Positions 6,877 to 15,619 of a stretch of 41,001 nucleotides of DNA are shown here, piece by piece. The notes under the pieces are model-generated. The model searched no databases, was not told the origin of the DNA, and was given only the letters and a program-made list of their open reading frames with translations. Source of the stretch: a virus (lineage: Duplodnaviria; Caudoviricetes); the IMG/VR virus record IMGVR_UViG_3300012982_000015, positions 1-41,001 of that record. The stretch is one strand, 5' to 3'. The stretch's first letter is position 1, and every line of letters begins with the position of its first letter. The position numbers and the translations under genes are program-made.

Positions 6877-9597
6877 TTACCCCATCACCGCCACGGGCGA
6901 GCCGTTCTGGTAGACGTGCGTGGCGTTGAGCTGCATGCCGCGGTTGCCGGTGGACTGATTAAACAGGTCTATCAATTTGTCGATCGTATCGGCCGAGACC
7001 ATGTCGCCGTAGACGTGGATCGTCGTCCCGCTGGTCGCCGGCTGCTGCTGGCCGCTGCCGGCCTTCACGCCGCCGCCGGCGCCGCCCGTCGTCGCCGCGC
7101 GCGGGGCGGGCTGCTGACGCTGGCTGCCTCCGGAGGATCCTCGGCCGCCACCGCCGCCACCGGAGAACATGCCGGCCACCTGCTGGCCGGCGGCGATACC
7201 GAAGAGCACGGCGGCCGCCGTATGCTCGGCGCCACCCAGGAAGTCGCCGGAGGCGAAGGATTTCATGGCCTCGGCGATCTGCACCTTGATCTGAAAGAAC
7301 GAGGTCTCCTTCAGCGCGCCGATCACCCCGGCCGACTTCGCCTTCTCGGTGGCCACGGCGCTCACCGCCTCCTTCTGGTGGGCCAGGATCTGCTGGTTGA
7401 TGGCGCCCAGGATGCGGTGCGCGACCGTCGCGAAGCGGCTGCCGAACAGGTCCGATGCCTGGATCATCGAGTCGTAGTTCTTCTGCCAGGACGCGGTGAA
7501 CTCGTTGTGCTTCGTCGCCAGCACGTCGAGCGCCCGGGTTTCCTTGGCGTGCGCCGCCGCCACGGCCTGGCTGGCGAGGGTCGCGATGCGCGCCCGCTGC
7601 TCGTCGGTGGTCGCCATCTTGGTGAGCTGCGCGGTCTCCATCTGGATGTCGGCGATCTCCTGCAGCATCGCCTGGTGGATCTTGGCCTTCCCGGTCAGCG
7701 AGGACTCGAGGTAGCGGTTGGTCATGTCCTGCAGCTTCTTCAGGTGCCCGTCGAACTCGGCCGCCTTCTTGTCGGCCGCGCCCTTCTCCTCCTCGGCGAG
7801 CCGCTTGATCAGCTTCTCGCGCAGCTCGACCAGCATTTGATTGTGGGCGGCATCGAGCGCGTCGAGCTTCTGGTACTTCTTGCGCTCGCTCTCGATTTCG
7901 CGGTCGATGGCGGCGACCTTGCGCGCATGCGACACGACGCTTGCGGCGTCGATCTTGTTGGCCATCTCCTCGTCGAGCGCCGAGAGGCTGTCCAGGCGCT
8001 TGTCGTTCAGGTCCTTGAGCTTCGCCTCGCGCTCTTCGGCGAGCGCGATGACGAGCTGGTGGTACTCCCGCTCGCGCTGCGCCAACTCGGCACGGGTGAG
8101 CTTGCCGTGGGCAGCAAGCTTGCGGTAGGACTCGATCTCGCGGTTCGCAGCCGCCGTCTCGCGCTCGAACTGGCGCTCGACCGCCGCCTCCGGCTTGGCC
8201 GTCTGATCGTGCAGCAGCGTGATCTCCTCGGAGACGCGCCGCAGGGAGTCGGCCAGCTTGTCGCTCGCCACCGCGGCCGCCTTGCTCTTGCCGGTCAGGT
8301 GCAGCTCGGTGGCGCGCCCGAGGCTTTCAAGCGCGGCGGTTGAGCCCTTCGTGCCCTCTGCGTAGGTGCTTACAATGTCTGTCCAGGTCTCGGTGGCGAC
8401 GGCCTTCATGGCCGCCCAGTGTGCCTTTGCGGAGGTTAAATCTCCGCGACGCAGGTCCGACACGAGCTGATAGCCAAGTACAAACTCATTCAACTCGCCG
8501 GCGAGGAGCTTCCCGATAGTCACCAGAACATCAAAGGCCGCTTTCGCGACGAACGTAAGCCCATTGAACACGTATCCGAGCCCCTCGATCGCGGTGGAAA
8601 TGTCGGCTGCGTGTGAAGCAATAAAGTCCGCCGCCGACTGCATCGCTGCGGTGATGGCGGGCATGACCTTCTGCCCGATCGTGACCTCGAGGCCCTCCAT
8701 GGTGAATTTAATCCGCCGCATAGACTCAAGAAACGCGACGGACTGCTTCGCGCTCACATCGCTGAATCCCAGGCCCATCTTGTTGGCTTCCTCGGAAGCC
8801 TTGCGGAGGGCCACGCTCCCTTGGTTGAGGATCGGGATCATTTCCTTCCCGCTCCGACCGAAGACGGCCATGGCCGCAGCGGTTTTGAGGCCGCTAGAGG
8901 CGGCGCCGTGGAACTTATCTGCCATGTCGGCCAGCAGGTCGATGTTCGGCCGCAACTTCCCATGCGCATCGTTGGCTTGGATACCGAGCGCTGCGAGCGC
9001 CTTTGTCGCCGTCGATCCAGCGGTGGCGAAAGGTGAGAGGTTGCGATCCATGATCGCTACGCCGTTGGCCAGTTGCTCGAAGTTCGCCCCGATCATCCCT
9101 GCCACGACGCGCAGCCCCGAGAGGTCCTGCACGCTAAGTCCGATCTTCTGGTGCATCAGTTCGAGATGCTCGCCGAGTTCGGCACTCTTCTTCGCCATCT
9201 CGAATAGCCCGGCGCCGACAGCAACCACGGCACCAGCAACAACCGCACCCAGTGCCACCCAGCCCGTTCCGGTGCCCTTCAGGCTCTTCTGCAGATTCGC
9301 CTGTGCCGCAGCCACGCGGTGCGCCGCCTGCACCTCCGCGGCCGCCGTCTCCTCGGCCGTGGTCGCGGCCTTGACCATGGCCGCGCGCTTCGCCTCGATC
9401 GCCGCGATCTCCTGGTCGTAGGCGGCGCGGATCTGCTTCGAGCTGCCAAACATGCGCGTCGCGAACTCGCCCATCTGCGTGCGCATCGCTCCCATGTCCG
9501 AAGTGAAGAGCGCGCGGAAGCGCTGGATGTTCCCAATCGCTTCGTCGGGGTTGGCCTTGATCTCGAAGAGCAGGCCGGCTACGGAGTCCATTGCCAT
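6877..9597 (-). CDS. Tail tape measure protein
   Basis: 906 aa Ala-rich helical protein after the tail chaperones; AAAMAVFGRSGKEMIPILNQG TMP motif; hydrophobic segments. Confidence 0.93.
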   Translation of the reverse strand: MAMDSVAGLLFEIKANPDEAIGNIQRFRALFTSDMGAMRTQMGEFATRMFGSSKQIRAAYDQEIAAIEAKRAAMVKAATTAEETAAAEVQAAHRVAAAQANLQKSLKGTGTGWVALGAVVAGAVVAVGAGLFEMAKKSAELGEHLELMHQKIGLSVQDLSGLRVVAGMIGANFEQLANGVAIMDRNLSPFATAGSTATKALAALGIQANDAHGKLRPNIDLLADMADKFHGAASSGLKTAAAMAVFGRSGKEMIPILNQGSVALRKASEEANKMGLGFSDVSAKQSVAFLESMRRIKFTMEGLEVTIGQKVMPAITAAMQSAADFIASHAADISTAIEGLGYVFNGLTFVAKAAFDVLVTIGKLLAGELNEFVLGYQLVSDLRRGDLTSAKAHWAAMKAVATETWTDIVSTYAEGTKGSTAALESLGRATELHLTGKSKAAAVASDKLADSLRRVSEEITLLHDQTAKPEAAVERQFERETAAANREIESYRKLAAHGKLTRAELAQREREYHQLVIALAEEREAKLKDLNDKRLDSLSALDEEMANKIDAASVVSHARKVAAIDREIESERKKYQKLDALDAAHNQMLVELREKLIKRLAEEEKGAADKKAAEFDGHLKKLQDMTNRYLESSLTGKAKIHQAMLQEIADIQMETAQLTKMATTDEQRARIATLASQAVAAAHAKETRALDVLATKHNEFTASWQKNYDSMIQASDLFGSRFATVAHRILGAINQQILAHQKEAVSAVATEKAKSAGVIGALKETSFFQIKVQIAEAMKSFASGDFLGGAEHTAAAVLFGIAAGQQVAGMFSGGGGGGRGSSGGSQRQQPAPRAATTGGAGGGVKAGSGQQQPATSGTTIHVYGDMVSADTIDKLIDLFNQSTGNRGMQLNATHVYQNGSPVAVMG

Positions 9598-9602
9598 CTC
9601 AG

Positions 9603-9631
9603 TTGCACCCCGCCAGTGTCCGTGCCAGAAT
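9603..9631 (+). promoter_or_regulatory. Antisense sigma70-type promoter B (TTGCAC-17 bp-CAGAAT, extended -10 TG)
   Basis: -35 at 9603-9608, -10 at 9626-9631, ATG 7 nt downstream; CCGTGccagaattCCGG versus CCGTGaaagactcCCGG in promoter A. Confidence 0.6.
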
Positions 9632-9638
9632 TCCGGAA

Positions 9639-9797
9639 ATGTCGGACGAGAAGCCCGCGCCGCCAGTGCCCACGCCGCCGGTCGCAGCCCCAGCCAAGCC
9701 AGAGATGCGGCCGGCTCTCGAATTAAAACTAAAGGCGGAAGCTCCCATGCGCGTGCACCTCAGCGACAACGCACCAGACTTGCCAGAGAAAGAATAA
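9639..9797 (+). CDS. Proline-rich 52-aa peptide B (MSDEKPAPPVPTPP...MRVHLSDNAPDLPEKE)
   Basis: Paralog of 6195-6344; overlaps 3' end of 9760-10386 by 38 bp; start reassigned from 9591 to 9639. Confidence 0.7.
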   Translation: MSDEKPAPPVPTPPVAAPAKPEMRPALELKLKAEAPMRVHLSDNAPDLPEKE

Positions 9798-10386
9798 AAA
9801 GGAAGATAGCCGCGCCGGTGAGCAGATAGGCGAGGCTCACGCGTGCACCCTTTTGTCGCATGATGCCAACCTCAAACCTGGTGGTGCCGTCGAGCAATAA
9901 AGTCGCTGCTCCCAGCGCAGCCTCTTCCTCTTTAAAGGCGTTTGCGATCTGAATCATCTCCGCAGCCGGCGGGTACAGGACCCGACCGGATGGATAGATC
10001 GCAAGGCAGGCTGCGGCGACTGCCGCGACATACACGACCCCCGAACAGAGCAGCGCCGACAGGCGCCACCCGGTGATCATCGGCGCGCCCAACCACTGAA
10101 CGGCCGTCCATGCCGCCGTCATCACCACGAGCTGCGCGCGCAGCAGACGCCGGGCGGTCTCGGCGAGCGTGGCGAGCTTCTGTTGGCTGTCGGCGTGCCG
10201 CTCGCGCGCATAACTCCAAGTCCACAGGTAGACGGCGCCGGCTATTGTTCCGGGATAGTCGCCGTCCGGCGAGTCAGGCTGCGCCACTTCGCCGTTGAGA
10301 TGCGCCACTCGGGCCATGTACTCGCGCAAGAGGCTCGCGGTGGTCGGCCCGAACGCCCATTCGTAAATCCGCTTCATCAGGTTCAT
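9760..10386 (-). CDS. 3-TM membrane protein B (paralog of 6310-6867)
   Basis: YARERH...ARRLLR-TM1-TM2-YP...RFE...QKG-TM3-CR aligns with protein A. Confidence 0.75.
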   Translation of the reverse strand: MNLMKRIYEWAFGPTTASLLREYMARVAHLNGEVAQPDSPDGDYPGTIAGAVYLWTWSYARERHADSQQKLATLAETARRLLRAQLVVMTAAWTAVQWLGAPMITGWRLSALLCSGVVYVAAVAAACLAIYPSGRVLYPPAAEMIQIANAFKEEEAALGAATLLLDGTTRFEVGIMRQKGARVSLAYLLTGAAIFLFILSLASLVRCR

Positions 10387-10398
10387 CGTTGCCCTCGC

Positions 10399-10617
10399 TT
10401 ACCAGAACACTGTATTCCCAGCCGCCGCCCCCTCCGCGTCCACTCCCTGCCGGCTCATCTCGCGGAGCCGGTCGCGTTCGGCGCCCTCGCAGGCGAGGTG
10501 CGCCGCGAGATCGAAGTCAAGCGCCAGCACCGGGTCCGCGATCGCGGCGAGCACGCTTGGCCTGGTTCCGAACCGCGACGCCGCGGCCGCCAACATCGCG
10601 AACTCCGGCGTCGCCAC
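10399..10617 (-). CDS. Tail assembly chaperone C-terminal extension (gpT/GT-like), probably reached by frameshift
   Basis: Overlaps the chaperone ORF in the +1 frame, upstream of TMP; no obvious RBS. Confidence 0.65.
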   Translation of the reverse strand: MATPEFAMLAAAASRFGTRPSVLAAIADPVLALDFDLAAHLACEGAERDRLREMSRQGVDAEGAAAGNTVFW

Positions 10618-11035
10618 GAAAGGTGGCCAGGCGCGCCACCTCCTCGGAGCGCGTCACCCAGCCAAACAGGAAACTCGCGTCCTCGGCGCCGAGGTCGCGG
10701 TAGTGCAGCTCGCCCGGCTCGAGCGCGACGGCATCGGGCACGATGCGCGGCTCAATTAGGGCCGAGACGATCATGTCCCGCATGAACTCCGCGACCGCGT
10801 CAATGCACTCCGGCTGGATCTCGGCCGCCGGCGTTTCGCCCTGCAGGAAGCGCTGGAAGGAGACCAGCGACAACCCCTGCGGCAGACGCCCGGAGACGAA
10901 CCACGCCCCGAGGTCGGGGCGCTCGACGCGCACCGTCACGCCCGAGGGCAGCGTCAGCTCGGTGGTCGCGACGGGGTCGGCCGGGCGCGGCATGCGCGCC
11001 ACGCCGGCCAGATATTTGCTGCGGTCGAAGCTCAT
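10517..11035 (-). CDS. Tail assembly chaperone (gpG-like)
   Basis: ELTLPSGVTVRVERPDL...GRLP...LIEPRI...ATFR pattern; lies between tail tube and TMP. Confidence 0.75.
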   Translation of the reverse strand: MSFDRSKYLAGVARMPRPADPVATTELTLPSGVTVRVERPDLGAWFVSGRLPQGLSLVSFQRFLQGETPAAEIQPECIDAVAEFMRDMIVSALIEPRIVPDAVALEPGELHYRDLGAEDASFLFGWVTRSEEVARLATFRGDAGVRDVGGRGVAVRNQAKRARRDRGPGAGA

Positions 11036-11065
11036 GAATCACTCCCTGGAATGGCGCGGCCCGGC

Positions 11066-11311
11066 CTAGCCGATAACGCGAACGTTGCAGGTGCGGTTGG
11101 CGGCGTCCGCGGTCAGGTAGACGCTCGCCGCGTCGGCGGCCTGGCTCTGCCAGATCTGGCCGGCGGAGGTCATCTCGACAATGACCGCGGCGGGCGTCGT
11201 GGCCAACTTGTGGGGCACCGCCACCTGCGCCACGCCGACCGCCTGGGCGGCGGCGGCGAGCTGGATCTTGCGGTAGCTGGATTGATCGTCCTGGAAAAGA
11301 ATGTCGGGCAT
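11066..11311 (-). CDS. Small beta-rich virion-associated protein
   Basis: VPHKLATTPAAVIV motif typical of small fibre C-terminal beta domains; RBS AGGAG. Confidence 0.55.
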   Translation of the reverse strand: MPDILFQDDQSSYRKIQLAAAAQAVGVAQVAVPHKLATTPAAVIVEMTSAGQIWQSQAADAASVYLTADAANRTCNVRVIG

Positions 11312-11387
11312 GAGATGTCTCCTGATGGGGGCGGCCCCATCGGCGCCCGCAGGCGCCGGTTAATGCGTGGGTGCGCCGGCCCTCCGA

Positions 11388-11990
11388 CTACGTCTGGCGG
11401 AAGAACTTGCCCACCTGGTCGCCGAGCGGACGCGACGCGGTGGCCAGCCCCTTGAACTTCACCTTCCACATGACGTGCTTGGCGCGCTCGAAGTCGAGCT
11501 TCACCGCCTCGGCCGAGTAGGCGTTGTAGAGCTGGAAGACGGCGAACTTCCCGGCCACCTCGCGGCGCTGCGCGATGGTCGCCACTGAGACCTTGGGGAC
11601 GGCGATGATGCCGCCGAAGGCCAGCTCCTCGTAGTTCTGCGCGCCGACCGGGAGCCCGGCGTCGGTGCCGGTGGCATAGGTCCCGATACCGAGCGCGTCA
11701 CGCAAGTTGAGGAAGGTCATCTCCTCGAGGGTGACGTCGAGCTCGTAGGCGTCCGAGTCCATCACCGCGTCGATCGGCGAGCTGGTCTGGTCGGACGGGA
11801 TCTCGGCGTACTTGGCGCCCATCGAGACCGCCATGGCGCCCTGCGTGGCGCCGACGTTGCGGGGCGCACCCTGGGTGGGGGTGCCGGTCGTGTCGATCAG
11901 CAGCCGGCTGCCGGTCGCAGGGACCGAGCAGAAGAGCCACAGGTTGCCGGGGCCTTGCACAATGTTTGCGGGCGTGATTACTGGGGGCAT
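11388..11990 (-). CDS. Major tail tube protein (non-contractile type)
   Basis: NIVQGPGNLW...VGATQG...DQ...LEEMT...VKFKGL; 200 aa; no sheath gene nearby. Confidence 0.85.
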   Translation of the reverse strand: MPPVITPANIVQGPGNLWLFCSVPATGSRLLIDTTGTPTQGAPRNVGATQGAMAVSMGAKYAEIPSDQTSSPIDAVMDSDAYELDVTLEEMTFLNLRDALGIGTYATGTDAGLPVGAQNYEELAFGGIIAVPKVSVATIAQRREVAGKFAVFQLYNAYSAEAVKLDFERAKHVMWKVKFKGLATASRPLGDQVGKFFRQT

Positions 11991-12042
11991 CGTCTCTCCT
12001 CAACTCTTCAAGTTCGGACATGCGCCTCGGGGGCGCTCGGGA

Positions 12043-12348
12043 CTACGCGTTGGGTTCCACATGAATGAACGGCAGGTCAATGCGGACTGCCTCGCCGCTG
12101 TCGAGCAGCGCGTCGAACGCGGTGCAGCCCGCCGGCGCCGTCACCTTGTCGCCCGGATAGAGCACCAGCGGCTTCTCGCTCCAGGCGTGGATCGTGACGT
12201 GCGGGTCGTTCGGGACCTCGAGCAGCGCGCCGCTGGGCTGTGCCTCGAGCCGCGTGCCGGGCGCCGCGCGCTCGACTTCGAAGGTTTCGGTTGTCTCCGG
12301 CGTGTAGCTGAAGGCGTGACCGTTGAGGTTGTGCAGATGGAATTTCAT
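12043..12348 (-). CDS. Hypothetical protein (neck/tail region)
   Basis: Coupled ORF with phage-like codon use. Confidence 0.6.
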   Translation of the reverse strand: MKFHLHNLNGHAFSYTPETTETFEVERAAPGTRLEAQPSGALLEVPNDPHVTIHAWSEKPLVLYPGDKVTAPAGCTAFDALLDSGEAVRIDLPFIHVEPNA

Positions 12349-13076
12349 AGGGCAATCGTCCTTTCGAGCAGGCTGCGCACCTTGAACGCGTCGCCGTTCG
12401 TGCCCCCGGTGATCGAGATCGCGGTTACCGCGGTGTAGGCGACGGCGCTGGCATCGACCACAAAGGTGGTGGCGTTTGCCGTGCCATTCGGGATGCTGAC
12501 GGTCTTGGTGACGGTGGTTCCGTTGAGCAGCTGCAGGGTGAGCGTGACGGTGATGGTTGAGGCGCCGATCAGGGCGGTGGTGACGAGCTGCAGCGCGGCG
12601 GGACCGTACTTGGTGGTGTCGACCACCGCGTTCGACGTGAACGTCCCGGCGCCCGCGCCGGTGACCGCGAAGCTCGCCAGCGGATCCACCACCGGCGGAA
12701 AGACCTGGGCGGGCGGCACGCCCCAGAGCAGGTCGCGGAACTGGGTGGCGACGCGGGCGCTGTTCGCGGCCAGAAACGCCCCGATGCCGCCGACGTGGCG
12801 ATCGAGCGCAGCCAGGCGGGGGCCGTAGAGCGCCGAGAGCAGCGAGCCCACCGCGATCGCCGGCTGAAAGGGCAGGGCCAGCGCCGCCTCGACGTCGATG
12901 TCGTTGGCGCCGGTGATGGTGCCGCGGTTATTGACGGCCCCCGCGCCCATGCCGGTGCCCGAGATCGGCTCGGCGGCGGCGATCGCGCCGTTGGTGAAGG
13001 CGTCGTTCACGGTGCGGGCTTGCTGCGCCAGGGAGTCGGCCAGCACCAGGAAGTTGGCAAGTGACAGCGTCGGCAT
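12345..13076 (-). CDS. Putative structural protein (helical N-terminus, Thr-rich beta C-terminus)
   Basis: Between tail terminator and tube; RBS GGAGG. Confidence 0.65.
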   Translation of the reverse strand: MPTLSLANFLVLADSLAQQARTVNDAFTNGAIAAAEPISGTGMGAGAVNNRGTITGANDIDVEAALALPFQPAIAVGSLLSALYGPRLAALDRHVGGIGAFLAANSARVATQFRDLLWGVPPAQVFPPVVDPLASFAVTGAGAGTFTSNAVVDTTKYGPAALQLVTTALIGASTITVTLTLQLLNGTTVTKTVSIPNGTANATTFVVDASAVAYTAVTAISITGGTNGDAFKVRSLLERTIAL

Positions 13077-13077
13077 A

Positions 13078-13635
13078 TCAGACCTCCTCGGTCTCGATCA
13101 GTACGGTCATGGCGGGGCGCATGCCAAACCCGGCAGGCGCCTGCCAGAGCACGCCGTAGTCGTGGGCCTCGACGCGGACGTCGCCCACGCGCGCCCCCAG
13201 TGCGGCCAGGCTGGCCGTGTTGGCGGCGGCGGGCAGGGTGGCATGGGTGATGGGCAGCGCGGCGAGCCAATCGCCGATTGGGGCGCTGGTGATGACCTGG
13301 TCCACGGCGCGCAGGTAGTCATAGGCGGCCTGGGCCGCGAACTCCGGGTCCTGGTCCTCGATCTCTAGTCTCAGCAGCAGGCGGTGCACCTGAGGCCGGG
13401 TCTGCAGGTCGTCATCGCCGGCGAACAGCGTCTCGCGCACCGCAACGATGATCGAGGGCGTGTTCATGGCGGCGCCGATTAGGTCTTTTTTGTAGCTCTG
13501 GAACGTCGGATAGGTCCGGCCGGGCGGCGGCGTGATGCCGGCGATCGCCGCCGGGAAGTCGCGCTGCAGGATCGCCATTGCCTGGGCGGCGACCGCGGCG
13601 GCGAACAGCGCCTTGAATTTGGGAGTAAAGGCCAT
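13078..13635 (-). CDS. Tail terminator/completion-like protein
   Basis: Synteny after virion morphogenesis gene; PSIIV strand, YLRAVDQVI helix. Confidence 0.6.
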   Translation of the reverse strand: MAFTPKFKALFAAAVAAQAMAILQRDFPAAIAGITPPPGRTYPTFQSYKKDLIGAAMNTPSIIVAVRETLFAGDDDLQTRPQVHRLLLRLEIEDQDPEFAAQAAYDYLRAVDQVITSAPIGDWLAALPITHATLPAAANTASLAALGARVGDVRVEAHDYGVLWQAPAGFGMRPAMTVLIETEEV

Positions 13636-13638
13636 GGG

Positions 13639-14241
13639 TTACGCCCGCTTCTTGTGCCCGGGATGCAGGTAGGCCGGCTTCCAGCCCGGGTACTTCGCCA
13701 TGACGCCGGAGATCCTGCCGACCTCGGTTGGCCGCAGGCCGTGCCGGAAGCCGAGCTCGGACGCCCGCTCCACCAAGTATTCCTGGATATAGCCCATAGC
13801 TATGCGCTTGAAGCCCTTGGTGAGCTTGATCTCTGGCCGCGCCGGCATGATGACCTTTCCCGCTTCGTCTTTGGTTCCCTTCTGGTGATAGATCGCATAG
13901 GGGACGCTTGTCCCCATCACCAGCGTCTTCGGCTCCTGTCGGCTGATCGATCCGGGAGCGTCCCGGTTGGTCAGCGAGGCGCGCAACGTACCCTCGCGCA
14001 CCAGGATCGGCGTGCCGGGGTAGTGCTGCTCCTTCCATGCCCCATAGCCTTTATCGCTCAGCGGCTTCCAGGCTTCGCCGCCCGACTCGCCCTCAGTGTC
14101 AAACTGACGTTTGACCTCGGCGCGGAACTCGTCGTCGATCACCGGCCAGATGGGCCGGTAGTCGACGAGCCCCTCCGAGAAGCGGGAGATGCCCTTGTCG
14201 AGCTGCATCTCGCCGGCGATGTTGATCTGGAGACGAAACAT
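13639..14241 (-). CDS. Phage virion morphogenesis protein (Mu gpG / tail-completion S family), 200 aa
   Basis: QFDTEG...WKPLS...ILVREGTLRASL...GTSVPYAIYHQKG...MPARP motifs; start reassigned to 14241. Confidence 0.88.
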   Translation of the reverse strand: MFRLQINIAGEMQLDKGISRFSEGLVDYRPIWPVIDDEFRAEVKRQFDTEGESGGEAWKPLSDKGYGAWKEQHYPGTPILVREGTLRASLTNRDAPGSISRQEPKTLVMGTSVPYAIYHQKGTKDEAGKVIMPARPEIKLTKGFKRIAMGYIQEYLVERASELGFRHGLRPTEVGRISGVMAKYPGWKPAYLHPGHKKRA

Positions 14242-14702
14242 CAGAATTTCTCGTTGCGTTGGAACGCGACGTTGCGATCCGGGTCGGGGAGCGGGTCCTG
14301 CTCCTGGCCGCCGATGGCCTGCATCTGCGCACCGGGGTTGACGGTGCGCGAGGTCGGGTTGAGTTGCTTGTCGTACTCGCCGTTGTCGAGCCGGGCAAGC
14401 ATGCGCATGAAGTCGTCGCGCAGGTTCTTTTCCACCTGCCAGCGACTTCCGGTCGCGAATCGCGTCGAGAGCGTGGCGGCCAGGTCGGCCGCCGCGCCGA
14501 TGCGGTTGATGAGCTCGAGCGTGTTGAACCCGTCTCCGCTCACGGGGACGGGCAGGCCGCGCCGCACCACAATCGCCTGGATCTCCTCCCAGCGGGTGTC
14601 GATCCACTTCTGGATGTCGGCATCCTGGGGACCGTTCGGCGAGTTTCGGACGAACCCCGAAACGTGCGTCGCGACCCCGGCGATTGTGGCGATTCCGGCC
14701 AT
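14241..14702 (-). CDS. Head-tail adaptor (Mu gp36-like)
   Basis: Position after capsid genes, helical 153 aa. Confidence 0.65.
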   Translation of the reverse strand: MAGIATIAGVATHVSGFVRNSPNGPQDADIQKWIDTRWEEIQAIVVRRGLPVPVSGDGFNTLELINRIGAAADLAATLSTRFATGSRWQVEKNLRDDFMRMLARLDNGEYDKQLNPTSRTVNPGAQMQAIGGQEQDPLPDPDRNVAFQRNEKF

Positions 14703-14969
14703 TTAGTCCTTGTCGGCGGTCTTTGCCGCCTTCCTGGTTTTCGCCTTCGGCTCGTCGGCCGGTGGCTCCGGCATGCCCGGCGGAGGCGGCGGAATAACCT
14801 CAGGCTCGAGGCCCATCTCCGCGAGGGCATCCTCGATTGAATGCGGCAGGGGAATGGCGCGTAGCGCGCCGGGGATGGCGTCGGCAATCTCCTCGGCCAG
14901 CTCGATCTCCGAGCCGATCTCATGGGCGATGCCGTCGAGGGTTAGGTGTCTGATGACTTCGTATTTCAT
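14703..14969 (-). CDS. Small head-associated protein (Mu gp35-like position)
   Basis: MKYEVIRHLTLDGIAHEIGSEIEL motif with Pro/Lys tail, typical immediately after capsid genes. Confidence 0.65.
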   Translation of the reverse strand: MKYEVIRHLTLDGIAHEIGSEIELAEEIADAIPGALRAIPLPHSIEDALAEMGLEPEVIPPPPPGMPEPPADEPKAKTRKAAKTADKD

Positions 14970-15070
14970 GGGTTCGCGGGGGTTAGCGAACGGGAGCGGA
15001 CGGAACCGCCCCCGTTTGACGTCGCTCTGGTCTAATCCCCCACCTCCTTTCTGGACTCGGTCCGCACAAA

Positions 15071-15619
15071 TCAGAACTGGCCGGCCTGCACGTCGAGCGT
15101 GCCGGTATTGGCTGCGCCGCAGGCCGAGAGCGTCACGGTCATGGCATTGCCGGCCGTCGCGTCAAGCGGCACGGTCCAGGAGCGGTCGTAGTTGGCGGTG
15201 CCCACCTGTGTCGCGCCCGAGGACCAGATGGTGGTCGCTCCGTCCTGGACCGTGAGCTGCGCGGTCCCGGCGGAACACCGGGCCGAGATCGAGTAGAGAT
15301 GCACCTTCTGGCCGGCCACCGCCGCAATGGTTTTCGCCACGGCGGCGTTCGCGGCCGAGGCGGCTTCGACGTTCTGCAGGTTGCCGCCTGCCGCCAGCGT
15401 CGCCACCAGCGCGCCGGACGCCTCGCAGCGCAAGGTGACCACGTTGCCCGTGGTCGCGATCGGCGTGAAGGCACTGGTGAACTGGCACGGCAGCAGCGCG
15501 TTCGTGCTGCCGATGCGCGGCGCCTGCGTCGTCTGCGCATGGGCCAGGGCTTCGTATATGACGCCGGTAATCAGCAGCAGCAACAGCGTCGGCAACACGG
15601 TACGGAGTAACTTCTTCAT
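15071..15619 (-). CDS. Beta-sandwich protein with Sec-type signal peptide, directly after major capsid gene, 182 aa
   Basis: MKKLLRTVLPTLLLLLITGVIYEALAHA-Q; RBS AGGAGG; start reassigned to 15619. Confidence 0.7.
   Translation of the reverse strand: MKKLLRTVLPTLLLLLITGVIYEALAHAQTTQAPRIGSTNALLPCQFTSAFTPIATTGNVVTLRCEASGALVATLAAGGNLQNVEAASAANAAVAKTIAAVAGQKVHLYSISARCSAGTAQLTVQDGATTIWSSGATQVGTANYDRSWTVPLDATAGNAMTVTLSACGAANTGTLDVQAGQF

Noticed and set aside
6631-8343. Long + strand ORF of 570 aa, and similar ones at 19647-20861, 21923-23386, 13654-14706 and 39768-40916
   Set aside because: Antisense shadows of high-GC genes with low-complexity translations.
6310-10386. A complete Pycsar/CBASS system
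   Set aside because: No cyclase or nucleotidyltransferase in the window; the resemblance is only in TM topology and a few residues.
12345-13076. Tail sheath gene (contractile tail)
   Set aside because: Too short, no sheath motifs, and no baseplate wedge genes; the tail module is siphovirus-like.
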